A model generated the notes under the pieces. It made no database searches. It was not told where the DNA came from and saw only the letters and a program-made list of their open reading frames with translations. From an uncultured Spirochaetota bacterium (lineage in GTDB: Bacteria > Spirochaetota > Spirochaetia > SZUA-6 > Fen-1364), in NCBI GenBank assembly GCA_963820525.1, contig CAWGAA010000001.1, forward strand, positions 768,001 to 832,000: a stretch of 64,000 bases of DNA, given 5' to 3'. Made by a program: the position numbers and the translations under genes. Positions 22,426-32,679 of the stretch are shown one piece after another (the stretch's first letter is position 1; every line of letters starts with the position of its first letter).

Positions 22426-22624
22426 AGGAAGATCCGGAGGTACATACATGCGTTCTGAGTATGATTTTTCTAAGGGGATAAGAGGTAAGTACTCAAAACG
22501 CTTTTCTAAAGGAACAAATATCATTGTATTAGATCCAGATGTCGCTAAGGTATTTAAAGATTCCAAATCAGTTAATAATATCCTTCGTACTCTTGCCAAA
22601 ATAGCCGCACAAAAAGCCAAATAG
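22412..22624 (+). CDS. BrnA-like antitoxin
   Basis: EYDFSKG..GKY..LDPDV motif; overlaps the toxin gene. Confidence 0.8.
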   Translation: MNKIKGRSGGTYMRSEYDFSKGIRGKYSKRFSKGTNIIVLDPDVAKVFKDSKSVNNILRTLAKIAAQKAK

Positions 22625-22629
22625 AACAA

Positions 22630-23715
22630 CCTGAATTCAACCTCGAAGTGCAACGATTCTTATTTTTCATGATACACCTCCTGGGGCGTTCTGTAGCCGT
22701 GCCGTTTTCTAGGCCTTGAGTTTAGGCTAAAGGCAATCTGCTCGCATAGAGCTTGAGTGACATCCCTCATGCAGGTTTTCTTTGGAAGATACTGACGGAT
22801 CAAACCGTTTAGGTTCTCGTTGCTGCCTCGCTCCCAGGAATGATAAGGCGTTGCAAAGTAGCATTTCAGTTCGGAATGATCCTCCAGGGTCCTGTAGTCA
22901 TGGAATTCTGTACCGTTGTCCAAGGTGAGTGTCTTGAAGTTGGCTACGTTCTCCCTAATAGCCGGCAGTGCTGCCTCTGTTACTGAGGCTGCTGTTCTTG
23001 AGCTCATTTTCCTTATGATAGCAAATCCCGACTTTCGTTCCACCAGAGTGAGGATGCAGTGATGAAGGTCCCTGCCCATGACGGTGTCGCCCTCCCAATG
23101 ACCCAATTCTTTACGAGTTTCAACCTCTGGAGGCCTCGTTGAAATATGGCGTTTTCCTGGGAGAATTCCTCTTGAATCCCTTGAATTGTAACGTTTTCGC
23201 CGCAGTTTCGGCATGATTCGAAGGTTCTTAAATAGCGTTCCTCCATGTTTCTTATCGTTCAGGATGTACTTGTAGATGGTCTCGTGACTGATTGTGAATG
23301 ATCCATTCTTCTTCTGGTAAGCAGATATCTGTTCAGGGCTCCATTTCTCTTTCAAAAGAACAGTTACTTGCTGCATTTGTTCTGGGCTGAAGCGCGAACC
23401 GCGCCTTTCACGTCGCCGTCTTGCAGTTGAATAGCTTTGGGCAAGCTCAGCTCGGTACCTCAAGTCATGGTTAGTTCGGTTTCGATGAAGTTCCCTGCTG
23501 ATCGTGCTAGCTGAGCGACCTAGCTCACGTGCAATGTCAGCTTTAGATCTTCGGCTTACTAAAAAAGCTGTTATGGTGTATCTTTCTTCTCGAGAGAGTT
23601 GGTGATAGTTATTCATGTATGAATCCCCTTTCTTGGCGGAAAATGGAGGCATACAATAATATCTCAGCTCTCTCATTTTTAATCCATATCGTTGCGCTTA
23701 CTATTTGAACCTGCG
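22630..23715 (-). mobile_element. IS30 copy 3, at attC R''
   Basis: Flanks CAA/CAA. Confidence 0.93.
22660..23616 (-). CDS. IS30 transposase
   Basis: Protein identical to copy 1. Confidence 0.93.
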   Translation of the reverse strand: MNNYHQLSREERYTITAFLVSRRSKADIARELGRSASTISRELHRNRTNHDLRYRAELAQSYSTARRRRERRGSRFSPEQMQQVTVLLKEKWSPEQISAYQKKNGSFTISHETIYKYILNDKKHGGTLFKNLRIMPKLRRKRYNSRDSRGILPGKRHISTRPPEVETRKELGHWEGDTVMGRDLHHCILTLVERKSGFAIIRKMSSRTAASVTEAALPAIRENVANFKTLTLDNGTEFHDYRTLEDHSELKCYFATPYHSWERGSNENLNGLIRQYLPKKTCMRDVTQALCEQIAFSLNSRPRKRHGYRTPQEVYHEK

Positions 23716-23863
23716 CAACCTAACATGCTGTTGGAGTTGACCGCCTAGGCTACTCTTCGTTACCAATAACTACGCGCATTAAATAATTTGTACTTGGATG
23801 AATCGGGGCGGCAACTCAACAGCGTCGTTACGCGCTCATAAATTAAACACATTGTGAAAATAG

Positions 23864-24556
23864 ATGAGTATTGCAATCTTTGCATTCATAAAAATAGACA
23901 ATAATTTGAGCCATCTTGAGTTCTTTCAAGAAGGTCGTCTATTTATGCGGACGCTAAGGTATTTCAAGAATTATGAAGACAAATGCCTTCATGGTCGTGG
24001 TGATAAACTTGAAGGAAGTATAGGTGTTTTTCAGCCCTCTCAAGTTAAATTAGAACTCAATGGAATTCCACTAAATTCATTTCAATTTCAGGATCAAATA
24101 ATTGTTCATAGTGAAAGCCTTCTCGAAAAGCATACCTTTTGTCTTATAACATCATATATAAATGACGAAAGTCCGATGATTTCAGATGAAAAGTCTAAAC
24201 ACTTCAAACTTGATTCTAAAAACTACAAATTTGGCGGGTGGCTTCTTATCATCAGAGATCCACAAGAATTTCTTAACAGAGTAAAACAATCTTTTAAGCA
24301 GCAACATATCATTTATCGAATTGGAATGGTTAAATATTATAACTTCGTTGAAACTAATACAATGTTTGATGACATTGAGACAGGCTTTCAAAAACCGTTT
24401 GAGTTCAGCCATCAAAATGAATTCCGAATTTTAATAGACTCTCCTATTATTGATGAACAGTGCATAATTGTAAAAATTCCCTCTATAAAGGATATATCAC
24501 TGATCATAAAAACTGATGAATTGAATGATCATCTTCATCTAAATATGAATCAGTGA
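23864..24556 (+). CDS. Hypothetical protein
   Basis: 230-aa ORF filling the cassette; K..EFSHQNEFR segment. Confidence 0.78.
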   Translation: MSIAIFAFIKIDNNLSHLEFFQEGRLFMRTLRYFKNYEDKCLHGRGDKLEGSIGVFQPSQVKLELNGIPLNSFQFQDQIIVHSESLLEKHTFCLITSYINDESPMISDEKSKHFKLDSKNYKFGGWLLIIRDPQEFLNRVKQSFKQQHIIYRIGMVKYYNFVETNTMFDDIETGFQKPFEFSHQNEFRILIDSPIIDEQCIIVKIPSIKDISLIIKTDELNDHLHLNMNQ

Positions 24557-24692
24557 GCGCGTAACATGCTGTTGGAGTTGACCGCCCAGGCTACGCTTCG
24601 TTACCAATAACTACGCGCGGTAAAGCCTTTTGTACTTTTATGATTCGGGGCGGCAACTCAACAGCGTCGTTAGACGTTTCTAGGAGCCTGAA

Positions 24693-25436
24693 GTGAGCCT
24701 GGTAATTACAGAGATACATACCCTTCGGGGACTGGCAAAAACATGTATAGTCTTTGCGGCAGACCGTAGAATCTCTCGGGGTGGCGTGTATATCGGTACT
24801 CGGAAGAAGATATTCCAAATACCATTTCTACCCGGGGGGGTCGGCTATTTTGGACTGGCGGAAGTCCCGGCTCGTACGGCGTCGCTCCCAATGAGCGACT
24901 GGCTTCATCGCTTCATGAACCAAAACAATGCCATCAAGGACATGAAGACCTTCGCTTCGCAACTTGCAGCGGCCCTAAATGCCGACGTACCACTGCGATA
25001 TAGAAGCCGGTACGTCTCAGGGCTACACGTTTGCGGGTACAATGATTCCAATCTTCCGGAGTTCTGGTTCGTCAGTAACGTAAAGGACGATGGCGTCACC
25101 GTTACCGGTAACTTTAGCCCGCGGGAAGAATTCCTAAGGAGAGACGCAAAGCAATTGGGATTCAATGGCACCGACCCGAAAACCGCAAGATCAGGGGCCG
25201 TGCAGATATACAGGAATGGAGACATTCGCGCACACATCGCAGCATGGGGGAAAATAGATGACGCGTTTGGCGTCCTATTTGGTCAAAGCGGTTTTCGGCG
25301 GCTGCGGTCTATGGAAGACTATAAGGAATGGGTAAGGTTCAAAATGGAGGTCATTGCTCTCTTCTACAAGAAGTATTGCAATGTATCACTAATTGCCAGG
25401 CCAATAGATGCCTTTCTCATTCAAAGAAACGTCTAA
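24693..25436 (+). CDS. Hypothetical protein, possible Ntn-hydrolase/proteasome-subunit-like fold
   Basis: (M)SLVI...VFAADRRIS...KKIF pattern; GTG after AGGAG; stop codon in R''. Confidence 0.65.
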   Translation: MSLVITEIHTLRGLAKTCIVFAADRRISRGGVYIGTRKKIFQIPFLPGGVGYFGLAEVPARTASLPMSDWLHRFMNQNNAIKDMKTFASQLAAALNADVPLRYRSRYVSGLHVCGYNDSNLPEFWFVSNVKDDGVTVTGNFSPREEFLRRDAKQLGFNGTDPKTARSGAVQIYRNGDIRAHIAAWGKIDDAFGVLFGQSGFRRLRSMEDYKEWVRFKMEVIALFYKKYCNVSLIARPIDAFLIQRNV

Positions 25437-25548
25437 CATGTCGTTGGAGCAGACCGCTTGAACTACGCTTCGTTACTGATAGCTACGCTTGCTAAAGTAC
25501 ATATACTTTTCTGATGCGGCGCGGCTGCTCAACTCAATGTTATATGGC

Positions 25549-26184
25549 TTATTTTGAGCTCACAGCTTTTGCTCCGTTCTTAATTATTTCATAACGCGAA
25601 TGAATCATTCCTTCAGCATCAATTGAACCCATTTTTCTCAATTGAATCGCTTCATCACCTATATTTTCAAATAGCTTAACCCCATCACCTATCAAAATCG
25701 GAGCTATATGTAGATATATTTCATCTACCAGACCAGCTCTTAATGCTTGTTGTGCAACGCTTGCGCTGCCAATTCCTACATATCTCTCTTTAGCAAGCTC
25801 CTTAGCTTTACTAACTGCTGAAATAATTCCATCAGTAACAAATAAAATTGTTGATTTGCCTTTAGGAACATCTTTAGGCGGATTATGAGTCAGAATAATA
25901 ATAGGGATTCCATTAACAGGATGTGTACCATTCCATCCATTGGCAATCTCATATGTCTTGCGCCCAGTTAGCATAGCACCAGCTTTTTTGTACATTTCGG
26001 CAACGATTTTTCTATTGTTGCCTTTAGGCTTAAACATAGTATTCTCATATGGTTTTTCATCTTCAAAGTACCAATCAAATATATGCTCACCGCCACGACC
26101 ACCGAGGGGAAATTCACGACTATCTCCTGGTCCAGCAATGTATCCATCCAAAGATATTGATAAATCAATGACAACCTTTGCCAT
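25549..26184 (-). CDS. Dihydrofolate reductase-like (RibD C-terminal domain) protein, inverted in its cassette
   Basis: SISLDGYIAG, GRKTY and GLVDEIYLHIAPILIGDG motifs. Confidence 0.9.
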   Translation of the reverse strand: MAKVVIDLSISLDGYIAGPGDSREFPLGGRGGEHIFDWYFEDEKPYENTMFKPKGNNRKIVAEMYKKAGAMLTGRKTYEIANGWNGTHPVNGIPIIILTHNPPKDVPKGKSTILFVTDGIISAVSKAKELAKERYVGIGSASVAQQALRAGLVDEIYLHIAPILIGDGVKLFENIGDEAIQLRKMGSIDAEGMIHSRYEIIKNGAKAVSSK

Positions 26185-26283
26185 TTCAAGACCTCCAATA
26201 ACTCATATAGTTTAAGAACTAATATTCTATTGATTAACAATTTACTAAAACTAGTTGGTATTTGTAAAATAATATGAAAGCCA

Positions 26284-27369
26284 CCTGAATTCAACCTCGA
26301 AGTGCAACGATTCTTATTTTTCATGATACACCTCCTGGGGCGTTCTGTAGCCGTGCCGTTTTCTAGGCCTTGAGTTTAGGCTAAAGGCAATCTGCTCGCA
26401 TAGAGCTTGAGTGACATCCCTCATGCAGGTTTTCTTTGGAAGATACTGACGGATCAAACCGTTTAGGTTCTCGTTGCTGCCTCGCTCCCAGGAATGATAA
26501 GGCGTTGCAAAGTAGCATTTCAGTTCGGAATGATCCTCCAGGGTCCTGTAGTCATGGAATTCTGTACCGTTGTCCAAGGTGAGTGTCTTGAAGTTGGCTA
26601 CGTTCTCCCTAATAGCCGGCAGTGCTGCCTCTGTTACTGAGGCTGCTGTTCTTGAGCTCATTTTCCTTATGATAGCAAATCCCGACTTTCGTTCCACCAG
26701 AGTGAGGATGCAGTGATGAAGGTCCCTGCCCATGACGGTGTCGCCCTCCCAATGACCCAATTCTTTACGAGTTTCAACCTCTGGAGGCCTCGTTGAAATA
26801 TGGCGTTTTCCTGGGAGAATTCCTCTTGAATCCCTTGAATTGTAACGTTTTCGCCGCAGTTTCGGCATGATTCGAAGGTTCTTAAATAGCGTTCCTCCAT
26901 GTTTCTTATCGTTCAGGATGTACTTGTAGATGGTCTCGTGACTGATTGTGAATGATCCATTCTTCTTCTGGTAAGCAGATATCTGTTCAGGGCTCCATTT
27001 CTCTTTCAAAAGAACAGTTACTTGCTGCATTTGTTCTGGGCTGAAGCGCGAACCGCGCCTTTCACGTCGCCGTCTTGCAGTTGAATAGCTTTGGGCAAGC
27101 TCAGCTCGGTACCTCAAGTCATGGTTAGTTCGGTTTCGATGAAGTTCCCTGCTGATCGTGCTAGCTGAGCGACCTAGCTCACGTGCAATGTCAGCTTTAG
27201 ATCTTCGGCTTACTAAAAAAGCTGTTATGGTGTATCTTTCTTCTCGAGAGAGTTGGTGATAGTTATTCATGTATGAATCCCCTTTCTTGGCGGAAAATGG
27301 AGGCATACAATAATATCTCAGCTCTCTCATTTTTAATCCATATCGTTGCGCTTACTATTTGAACCTGCG
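26284..27369 (-). mobile_element. IS30 copy 4, at attC R''
   Basis: Flanks CCA/CCA. Confidence 0.93.
26314..27270 (-). CDS. IS30 transposase
   Basis: Protein identical to copy 1. Confidence 0.93.
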   Translation of the reverse strand: MNNYHQLSREERYTITAFLVSRRSKADIARELGRSASTISRELHRNRTNHDLRYRAELAQSYSTARRRRERRGSRFSPEQMQQVTVLLKEKWSPEQISAYQKKNGSFTISHETIYKYILNDKKHGGTLFKNLRIMPKLRRKRYNSRDSRGILPGKRHISTRPPEVETRKELGHWEGDTVMGRDLHHCILTLVERKSGFAIIRKMSSRTAASVTEAALPAIRENVANFKTLTLDNGTEFHDYRTLEDHSELKCYFATPYHSWERGSNENLNGLIRQYLPKKTCMRDVTQALCEQIAFSLNSRPRKRHGYRTPQEVYHEK

Positions 27370-27936
27370 CCATATAACATGCTGTTGGAGTTGACCGCCC
27401 AGGTTCCTGGCCTTTCGAATGATTCTTCTTGCTAGGGTTTCTTCGGTTGCTGATTCGGGGCGGCAACTCAACAGCGTCGTTACATCCACGCTAATAATTT
27501 CTTTGAGAGAATATTTTGCCTATTCTGTTTTGAATTATTCAAAGCAAATAAAGAATTCGATTTAGCAATCTTGCAGGTTTTACTTTGTTGAATTCCTCTG
27601 ATACTTTTGCGCGGGCCATGTAAGTTCCCATTGGAACAGCTTGCGCCCATTAGCTGAAAGGGCATCATCAACTTTTAACATCATTTTCTTTCGCTATGCC
27701 CGAATTCTATCATCAATCAACTAACCTTATATTTTCTTCATATCGTGAAGCTTCTTTGCTGGCCCGCGCATATTGTTCTGTTTCCGCGTAGATGTAACAT
27801 GCGGTTGGAGCAGACCGCTTGGACTACGCGTCGTTACTGATTGCTACGCAAGTTAAAGTAATTGTACCTGTATGATACGGCGCGGCTGCTCAACCGCGTC
27901 GTTATGCGTCATTCTATTCACGCCTTGAGGTATAGT

Positions 27937-28422
27937 ATGATCGATGAGATAGCAGCTGCGTTCCGCGAGACACTGCAGATGTTCGAGGACGGGATTCATA
28001 AAATACCAGATGAGTACTGGCGGCAGGGGAGCGGCGACTTCCTTATTCCTGCACGTATCGCCTACCATATCATGATTGGATTGGAGTGGTTTGTCACATC
28101 ATTACCGGAAGATGAGCACCGGAAGACACGCCGCTATAACCTTAATTGGAAAGGGCCAGTCAAAGATTTGCCTGACCGACAGGTGATGCTCGAAGATTTT
28201 GCCTGGATTAGCGGACGCATTTTGGAGTGGTTTTCTGACTGGGAGCGCGAATCGGTGGAAGGTGTGGAACATCCATTCCGATTAAATAAGGCGCTCTACT
28301 TCCTACGGCACACCCAACACCACGTTGGAGAATTTTCCGCTACGGCCCGACTTCTTTATTTAGAGCGTCCCTCTTGGATCTACCCTAAAACTGTGCCGGA
28401 CTCGATTAGAAATAATCCGTAA
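27937..28422 (+). CDS. DinB-like family protein
   Basis: IAYH and RHTQHHVG His motifs. Confidence 0.75.
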   Translation: MIDEIAAAFRETLQMFEDGIHKIPDEYWRQGSGDFLIPARIAYHIMIGLEWFVTSLPEDEHRKTRRYNLNWKGPVKDLPDRQVMLEDFAWISGRILEWFSDWERESVEGVEHPFRLNKALYFLRHTQHHVGEFSATARLLYLERPSWIYPKTVPDSIRNNP

Positions 28423-29230
28423 AATATTGAAAGGACTATACAGTTATTCCTAATAGCTTAAGACAAATATGAATTAATTAATTCCATTTAAAATCATCTA
28501 AGATTTAGATGAATGTTATTATTTCAATATATTAGAGAATTGATGATAAAATGACGCATAACATGCTGTTGGAGTTGTCCGCCTAGGCTACGCTTCGTTA
28601 CTGATAGCTACGCGCATTGAAGCACCTGTACCTGGATGATTCGGGGCGGCAACTCAACAGCGTCGTTATATCCAATCTAGATTTATATTGATTATCGAAT
28701 AGGCAACGAATTAGTAATTCAATAAAAAGAGATAATACGTGTTTCAATAGCTTGTTTAACCATGATGGCGTTGGCATTGGGCGGGAAGGATGGCGGTGTT
28801 GTACTAATGTTGCTTGCTTGCTCTTAGTTTCAATACACTGCACGTCACCGTGGCTTAATGGTCAACGATTTCATTATAGGGCTCGGATCAAGCTCTTTCT
28901 CTTGAAACAACAACTCTTTTCTGTTGTCCTCAACGCCATCATACTGGATGGATATAACATGCTGTTGGAGTTGTCCGCCTAGGCTACGCGTCGTTACTTA
29001 TAGCTACGTTTGCTAGGGTTCCTTCGGTTGCTGATTCGGGGCGGCAACTCAACAGCGTCGTTATGTCTCATCAAAGCTGTTTTCCACGTCGTTCGTCGCG
29101 TGTCAGGCTATTCAGTTCCGCCACATACATGTATGAACAAGCGCGGGCAATATCGCGGTTGCTTTACCCTGCCGTTCCAAGATATACTGTGAACTGCGAT
29201 TTATCCTTTTGAGAGGACGTTCAGAGCAGT

Positions 29231-29800
29231 ATGACTGTTTGCCAACTCAAATTGACTGTTAAGCATATTGAGCCTCAGATCTGGAGGAGGATACTGATCC
29301 ATCCAGAAATCACGCTCAAGCGGCTTCATCAAATCATTCAGAAACTTATGGGATGGTACGATTACCACCTCTACCAATTCCGAATCAAGCAACAGTACTT
29401 CGCCCCTCCAGGAGAGGAAATCGATCTGATGGCGAGGAGACCGCAGTCCGTCAATGTGCCGGTTTCATGGCTTTTGACCTACGGCGTCAAGAGTTTCGTT
29501 TACGAATACGACTTTGGAGATGGCTGGGAAATAAACATCAGAATCGAAAGAAAACTTGAGAAACCGGACTTCAATCAAGCGGCCGTTTGCATAGATGGTA
29601 AACGGTCCGGTCCGCTTGAAGACAGCGGCGGTCCATTCGGATATATGGAAAAACTTGAAATTATGAAAGATCCGAACCATGAAGAATACGCCGAACTGTC
29701 GGAGTGGATGCCACCTAATTACGACGCGGATAGATTCGACGTTGAAGCTGTTAACAAGCTACTTGCAAGACTTAAGCCGCCAAGATCTAAAGTCATCTGA
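29231..29800 (+). CDS. Plasmid pRiA4b ORF-3 family protein
   Basis: IWRRI, HLYQF, YEYDFGDGW and PLEDSGG motifs. Confidence 0.9.
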   Translation: MTVCQLKLTVKHIEPQIWRRILIHPEITLKRLHQIIQKLMGWYDYHLYQFRIKQQYFAPPGEEIDLMARRPQSVNVPVSWLLTYGVKSFVYEYDFGDGWEINIRIERKLEKPDFNQAAVCIDGKRSGPLEDSGGPFGYMEKLEIMKDPNHEEYAELSEWMPPNYDADRFDVEAVNKLLARLKPPRSKVI

Positions 29801-29884
29801 GATCTTAGGATGTATCTGAGAATATTCTTGTATTTGAATTAAGCATTACCTCTCGATAAGTTGCATGTCTTATTCTGGATGAGA

Positions 29885-30970
29885 CCTGAATTCAACCTCG
29901 AAGTGCAACGATTCTTATTTTTCATGATACACCTCCTGGGGCGTTCTGTAGCCGTGCCGTTTTCTAGGCCTTGAGTTTAGGCTAAAGGCAATCTGCTCGC
30001 ATAGAGCTTGAGTGACATCCCTCATGCAGGTTTTCTTTGGAAGATACTGACGGATCAAACCGTTTAGGTTCTCGTTGCTGCCTCGCTCCCAGGAATGATA
30101 AGGCGTTGCAAAGTAGCATTTCAGTTCGGAATGATCCTCCAGGGTCCTGTAGTCATGGAATTCTGTACCGTTGTCCAAGGTGAGTGTCTTGAAGTTGGCT
30201 ACGTTCTCCCTAATAGCCGGCAGTGCTGCCTCTGTTACTGAGGCTGCTGTTCTTGAGCTCATTTTCCTTATGATAGCAAATCCCGACTTTCGTTCCACCA
30301 GAGTGAGGATGCAGTGATGAAGGTCCCTGCCCATGACGGTGTCGCCCTCCCAATGACCCAATTCTTTACGAGTTTCAACCTCTGGAGGCCTCGTTGAAAT
30401 ATGGCGTTTTCCTGGGAGAATTCCTCTTGAATCCCTTGAATTGTAACGTTTTCGCCGCAGTTTCGGCATGATTCGAAGGTTCTTAAATAGCGTTCCTCCA
30501 TGTTTCTTATCGTTCAGGATGTACTTGTAGATGGTCTCGTGACTGATTGTGAATGATCCATTCTTCTTCTGGTAAGCAGATATCTGTTCAGGGCTCCATT
30601 TCTCTTTCAAAAGAACAGTTACTTGCTGCATTTGTTCTGGGCTGAAGCGCGAACCGCGCCTTTCACGTCGCCGTCTTGCAGTTGAATAGCTTTGGGCAAG
30701 CTCAGCTCGGTACCTCAAGTCATGGTTAGTTCGGTTTCGATGAAGTTCCCTGCTGATCGTGCTAGCTGAGCGACCTAGCTCACGTGCAATGTCAGCTTTA
30801 GATCTTCGGCTTACTAAAAAAGCTGTTATGGTGTATCTTTCTTCTCGAGAGAGTTGGTGATAGTTATTCATGTATGAATCCCCTTTCTTGGCGGAAAATG
30901 GAGGCATACAATAATATCTCAGCTCTCTCATTTTTAATCCATATCGTTGCGCTTACTATTTGAACCTGCG
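29885..30970 (-). mobile_element. IS30 copy 5, at attC R''
   Basis: Flanks AGA/AGA. Confidence 0.93.
29915..30871 (-). CDS. IS30 transposase
   Basis: Protein identical to copy 1. Confidence 0.93.
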   Translation of the reverse strand: MNNYHQLSREERYTITAFLVSRRSKADIARELGRSASTISRELHRNRTNHDLRYRAELAQSYSTARRRRERRGSRFSPEQMQQVTVLLKEKWSPEQISAYQKKNGSFTISHETIYKYILNDKKHGGTLFKNLRIMPKLRRKRYNSRDSRGILPGKRHISTRPPEVETRKELGHWEGDTVMGRDLHHCILTLVERKSGFAIIRKMSSRTAASVTEAALPAIRENVANFKTLTLDNGTEFHDYRTLEDHSELKCYFATPYHSWERGSNENLNGLIRQYLPKKTCMRDVTQALCEQIAFSLNSRPRKRHGYRTPQEVYHEK

Positions 30971-31542
30971 AGACATAACATGCTGTTGGAGTTGACCGCC
31001 TAGATTCCTGGCCTTTCGTGAAATCCCTCTTGCTAGAGTTCGCTTCGCGTTGCTGATTCGGGGCGGCAACTCAACAGCGTCGTTATCTCCATCTAAAATT
31101 TTGTTGATTAGCAATGAAGCAACAAATTAATAATTCAATAATATAGGATAAAACGTTTTTCAATTTCATGTTTGCCCATGATGGCGTTGGCATTGCTCTG
31201 GAAGGATGGCGGTGTTGTACTACATTGCCTGCTTGTCTTTAGTTTCAAGGCATGGCACGCCACCTTGGCTTATTATCACTGATTACATTCTACGGCTTAG
31301 ATCAAGCTCTTTCAAATGATTCGCTAGATCTTTTCTGCTTTCCTCAACGCCATCATACTGGATGGAGATAACATGTCGTTGCAGCTGACCGCCCAAGTTA
31401 CGCGTCGTCACTTGAAACTACGCGTTCTCAGGTATTTCATTTTCTTGAGGCGGGGCGGCAGCTGAACTCCTTGTTAGGCAGCCACAAGAGAGCTATTTCA
31501 TATATCCTTGAGTTTCTCTTCTCACGTTTCCGGGTAGAATAT

Positions 31543-32025
31543 ATGAATATTGCTCTTGAATCACTTGCAGAATTCCTTGTTAAGGCAAAACAAATAACCT
31601 ATGCCTCAGGCGGCTCGAATAGCTCTTACACTGTCCCTCCCCTTTTCAAAGATTCTCATCAACTCGAGTATACGATCGATGATCTTCATTATAGAGATGT
31701 CTATTTTGGACAATCACATTTTGCTGGACAAGAAGTAGTTTTTTTCAAAGATAAATGTATCTGGTCAATGTGCTATTCGGGCGGATGGACTGATCTGTTG
31801 ACCGGTAAGAATCAAATACTTTCTATTTCTTCCGTCCTTCAAGCTTCTCTTCGCCAAGTACCTTCTAAAATCCCATTCCGAGGTCCAAAGTTCTTGAACC
31901 TCACGCCTTACACATATAATAATCACGCCATTGGAGATATAAGATTATTCCAAGGAACAGAAGATATTCAGAGAGATAATATCATTTTGTATAAACTTTC
32001 ATATTCTGGCGGACTAATAGATTAG
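31543..32025 (+). CDS. DUF5680-like protein
   Basis: FLVKAK..TYA, YRDVYFG..F.GQE and PFRGP motifs. Confidence 0.75.
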   Translation: MNIALESLAEFLVKAKQITYASGGSNSSYTVPPLFKDSHQLEYTIDDLHYRDVYFGQSHFAGQEVVFFKDKCIWSMCYSGGWTDLLTGKNQILSISSVLQASLRQVPSKIPFRGPKFLNLTPYTYNNHAIGDIRLFQGTEDIQRDNIILYKLSYSGGLID

Positions 32026-32679
32026 AAGATTTCTGGTTTGAAGAGAAAGAAAAGAAGGAATTATTGTTAAGAAAAGAGTGTCTGCCTAACATGCTGTTGG
32101 AGTTGACCGCCCAGGTTCCTGGCCTTTCTATAGATCTATTTTGCTAGGGTTCCTGTGGTTTCTGATTCGGGGCGGCAACTCAACAGCGTCGTTATGTGCT
32201 TTTGAGGATCAAAAACAGTGGACTATTTTGAAAGCATAATAAAAACTCTTCTTGAACATGATGGTTATTGGGTGAGATCTTCTTTCAAAGTAAATCTTAC
32301 AAAAGCTGAGAAAAGATATATTGGTAAACCTTCAATTCCACGACCAGAAATCGATCTTCTCGCTTATAAGCCATCTGATAATCAATTGCTCGTACTTGAA
32401 GCAAAATCCTTCCTTGATTCGCTGGGGGTCCAACTCAAAGATTTGAAAGAATCATTCCCAATTCCTGAAGGAAGATATAAACTATTTACATGTGATAAAT
32501 ATAGAGAAACAATAATATCAAGACTAATAAAAGATCTTTTAGAATTGGGAATGATAAAGAGTAACCCAAAGGTTCGTCTAGGATTAGTCGCAGGAAAGAT
32601 ACGTCAAAATAAAACGGTAGAATTTCAGAAATATATGGAGAAAAGAGGTTGGTTCTTCTGGTCTCCATCAATTATTAGG

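Noticed and set aside
25549..26184. Trimethoprim resistance dfr cassette
   Set aside because: Length and motifs fit the RibD C-terminal-like family, not DfrA/DfrB.
28598..28982. Short ORFs in family A cassettes (also 7978, 21035, 42034, 49400)
   Set aside because: Starts, stops and frames differ among copies, and many run through attC.
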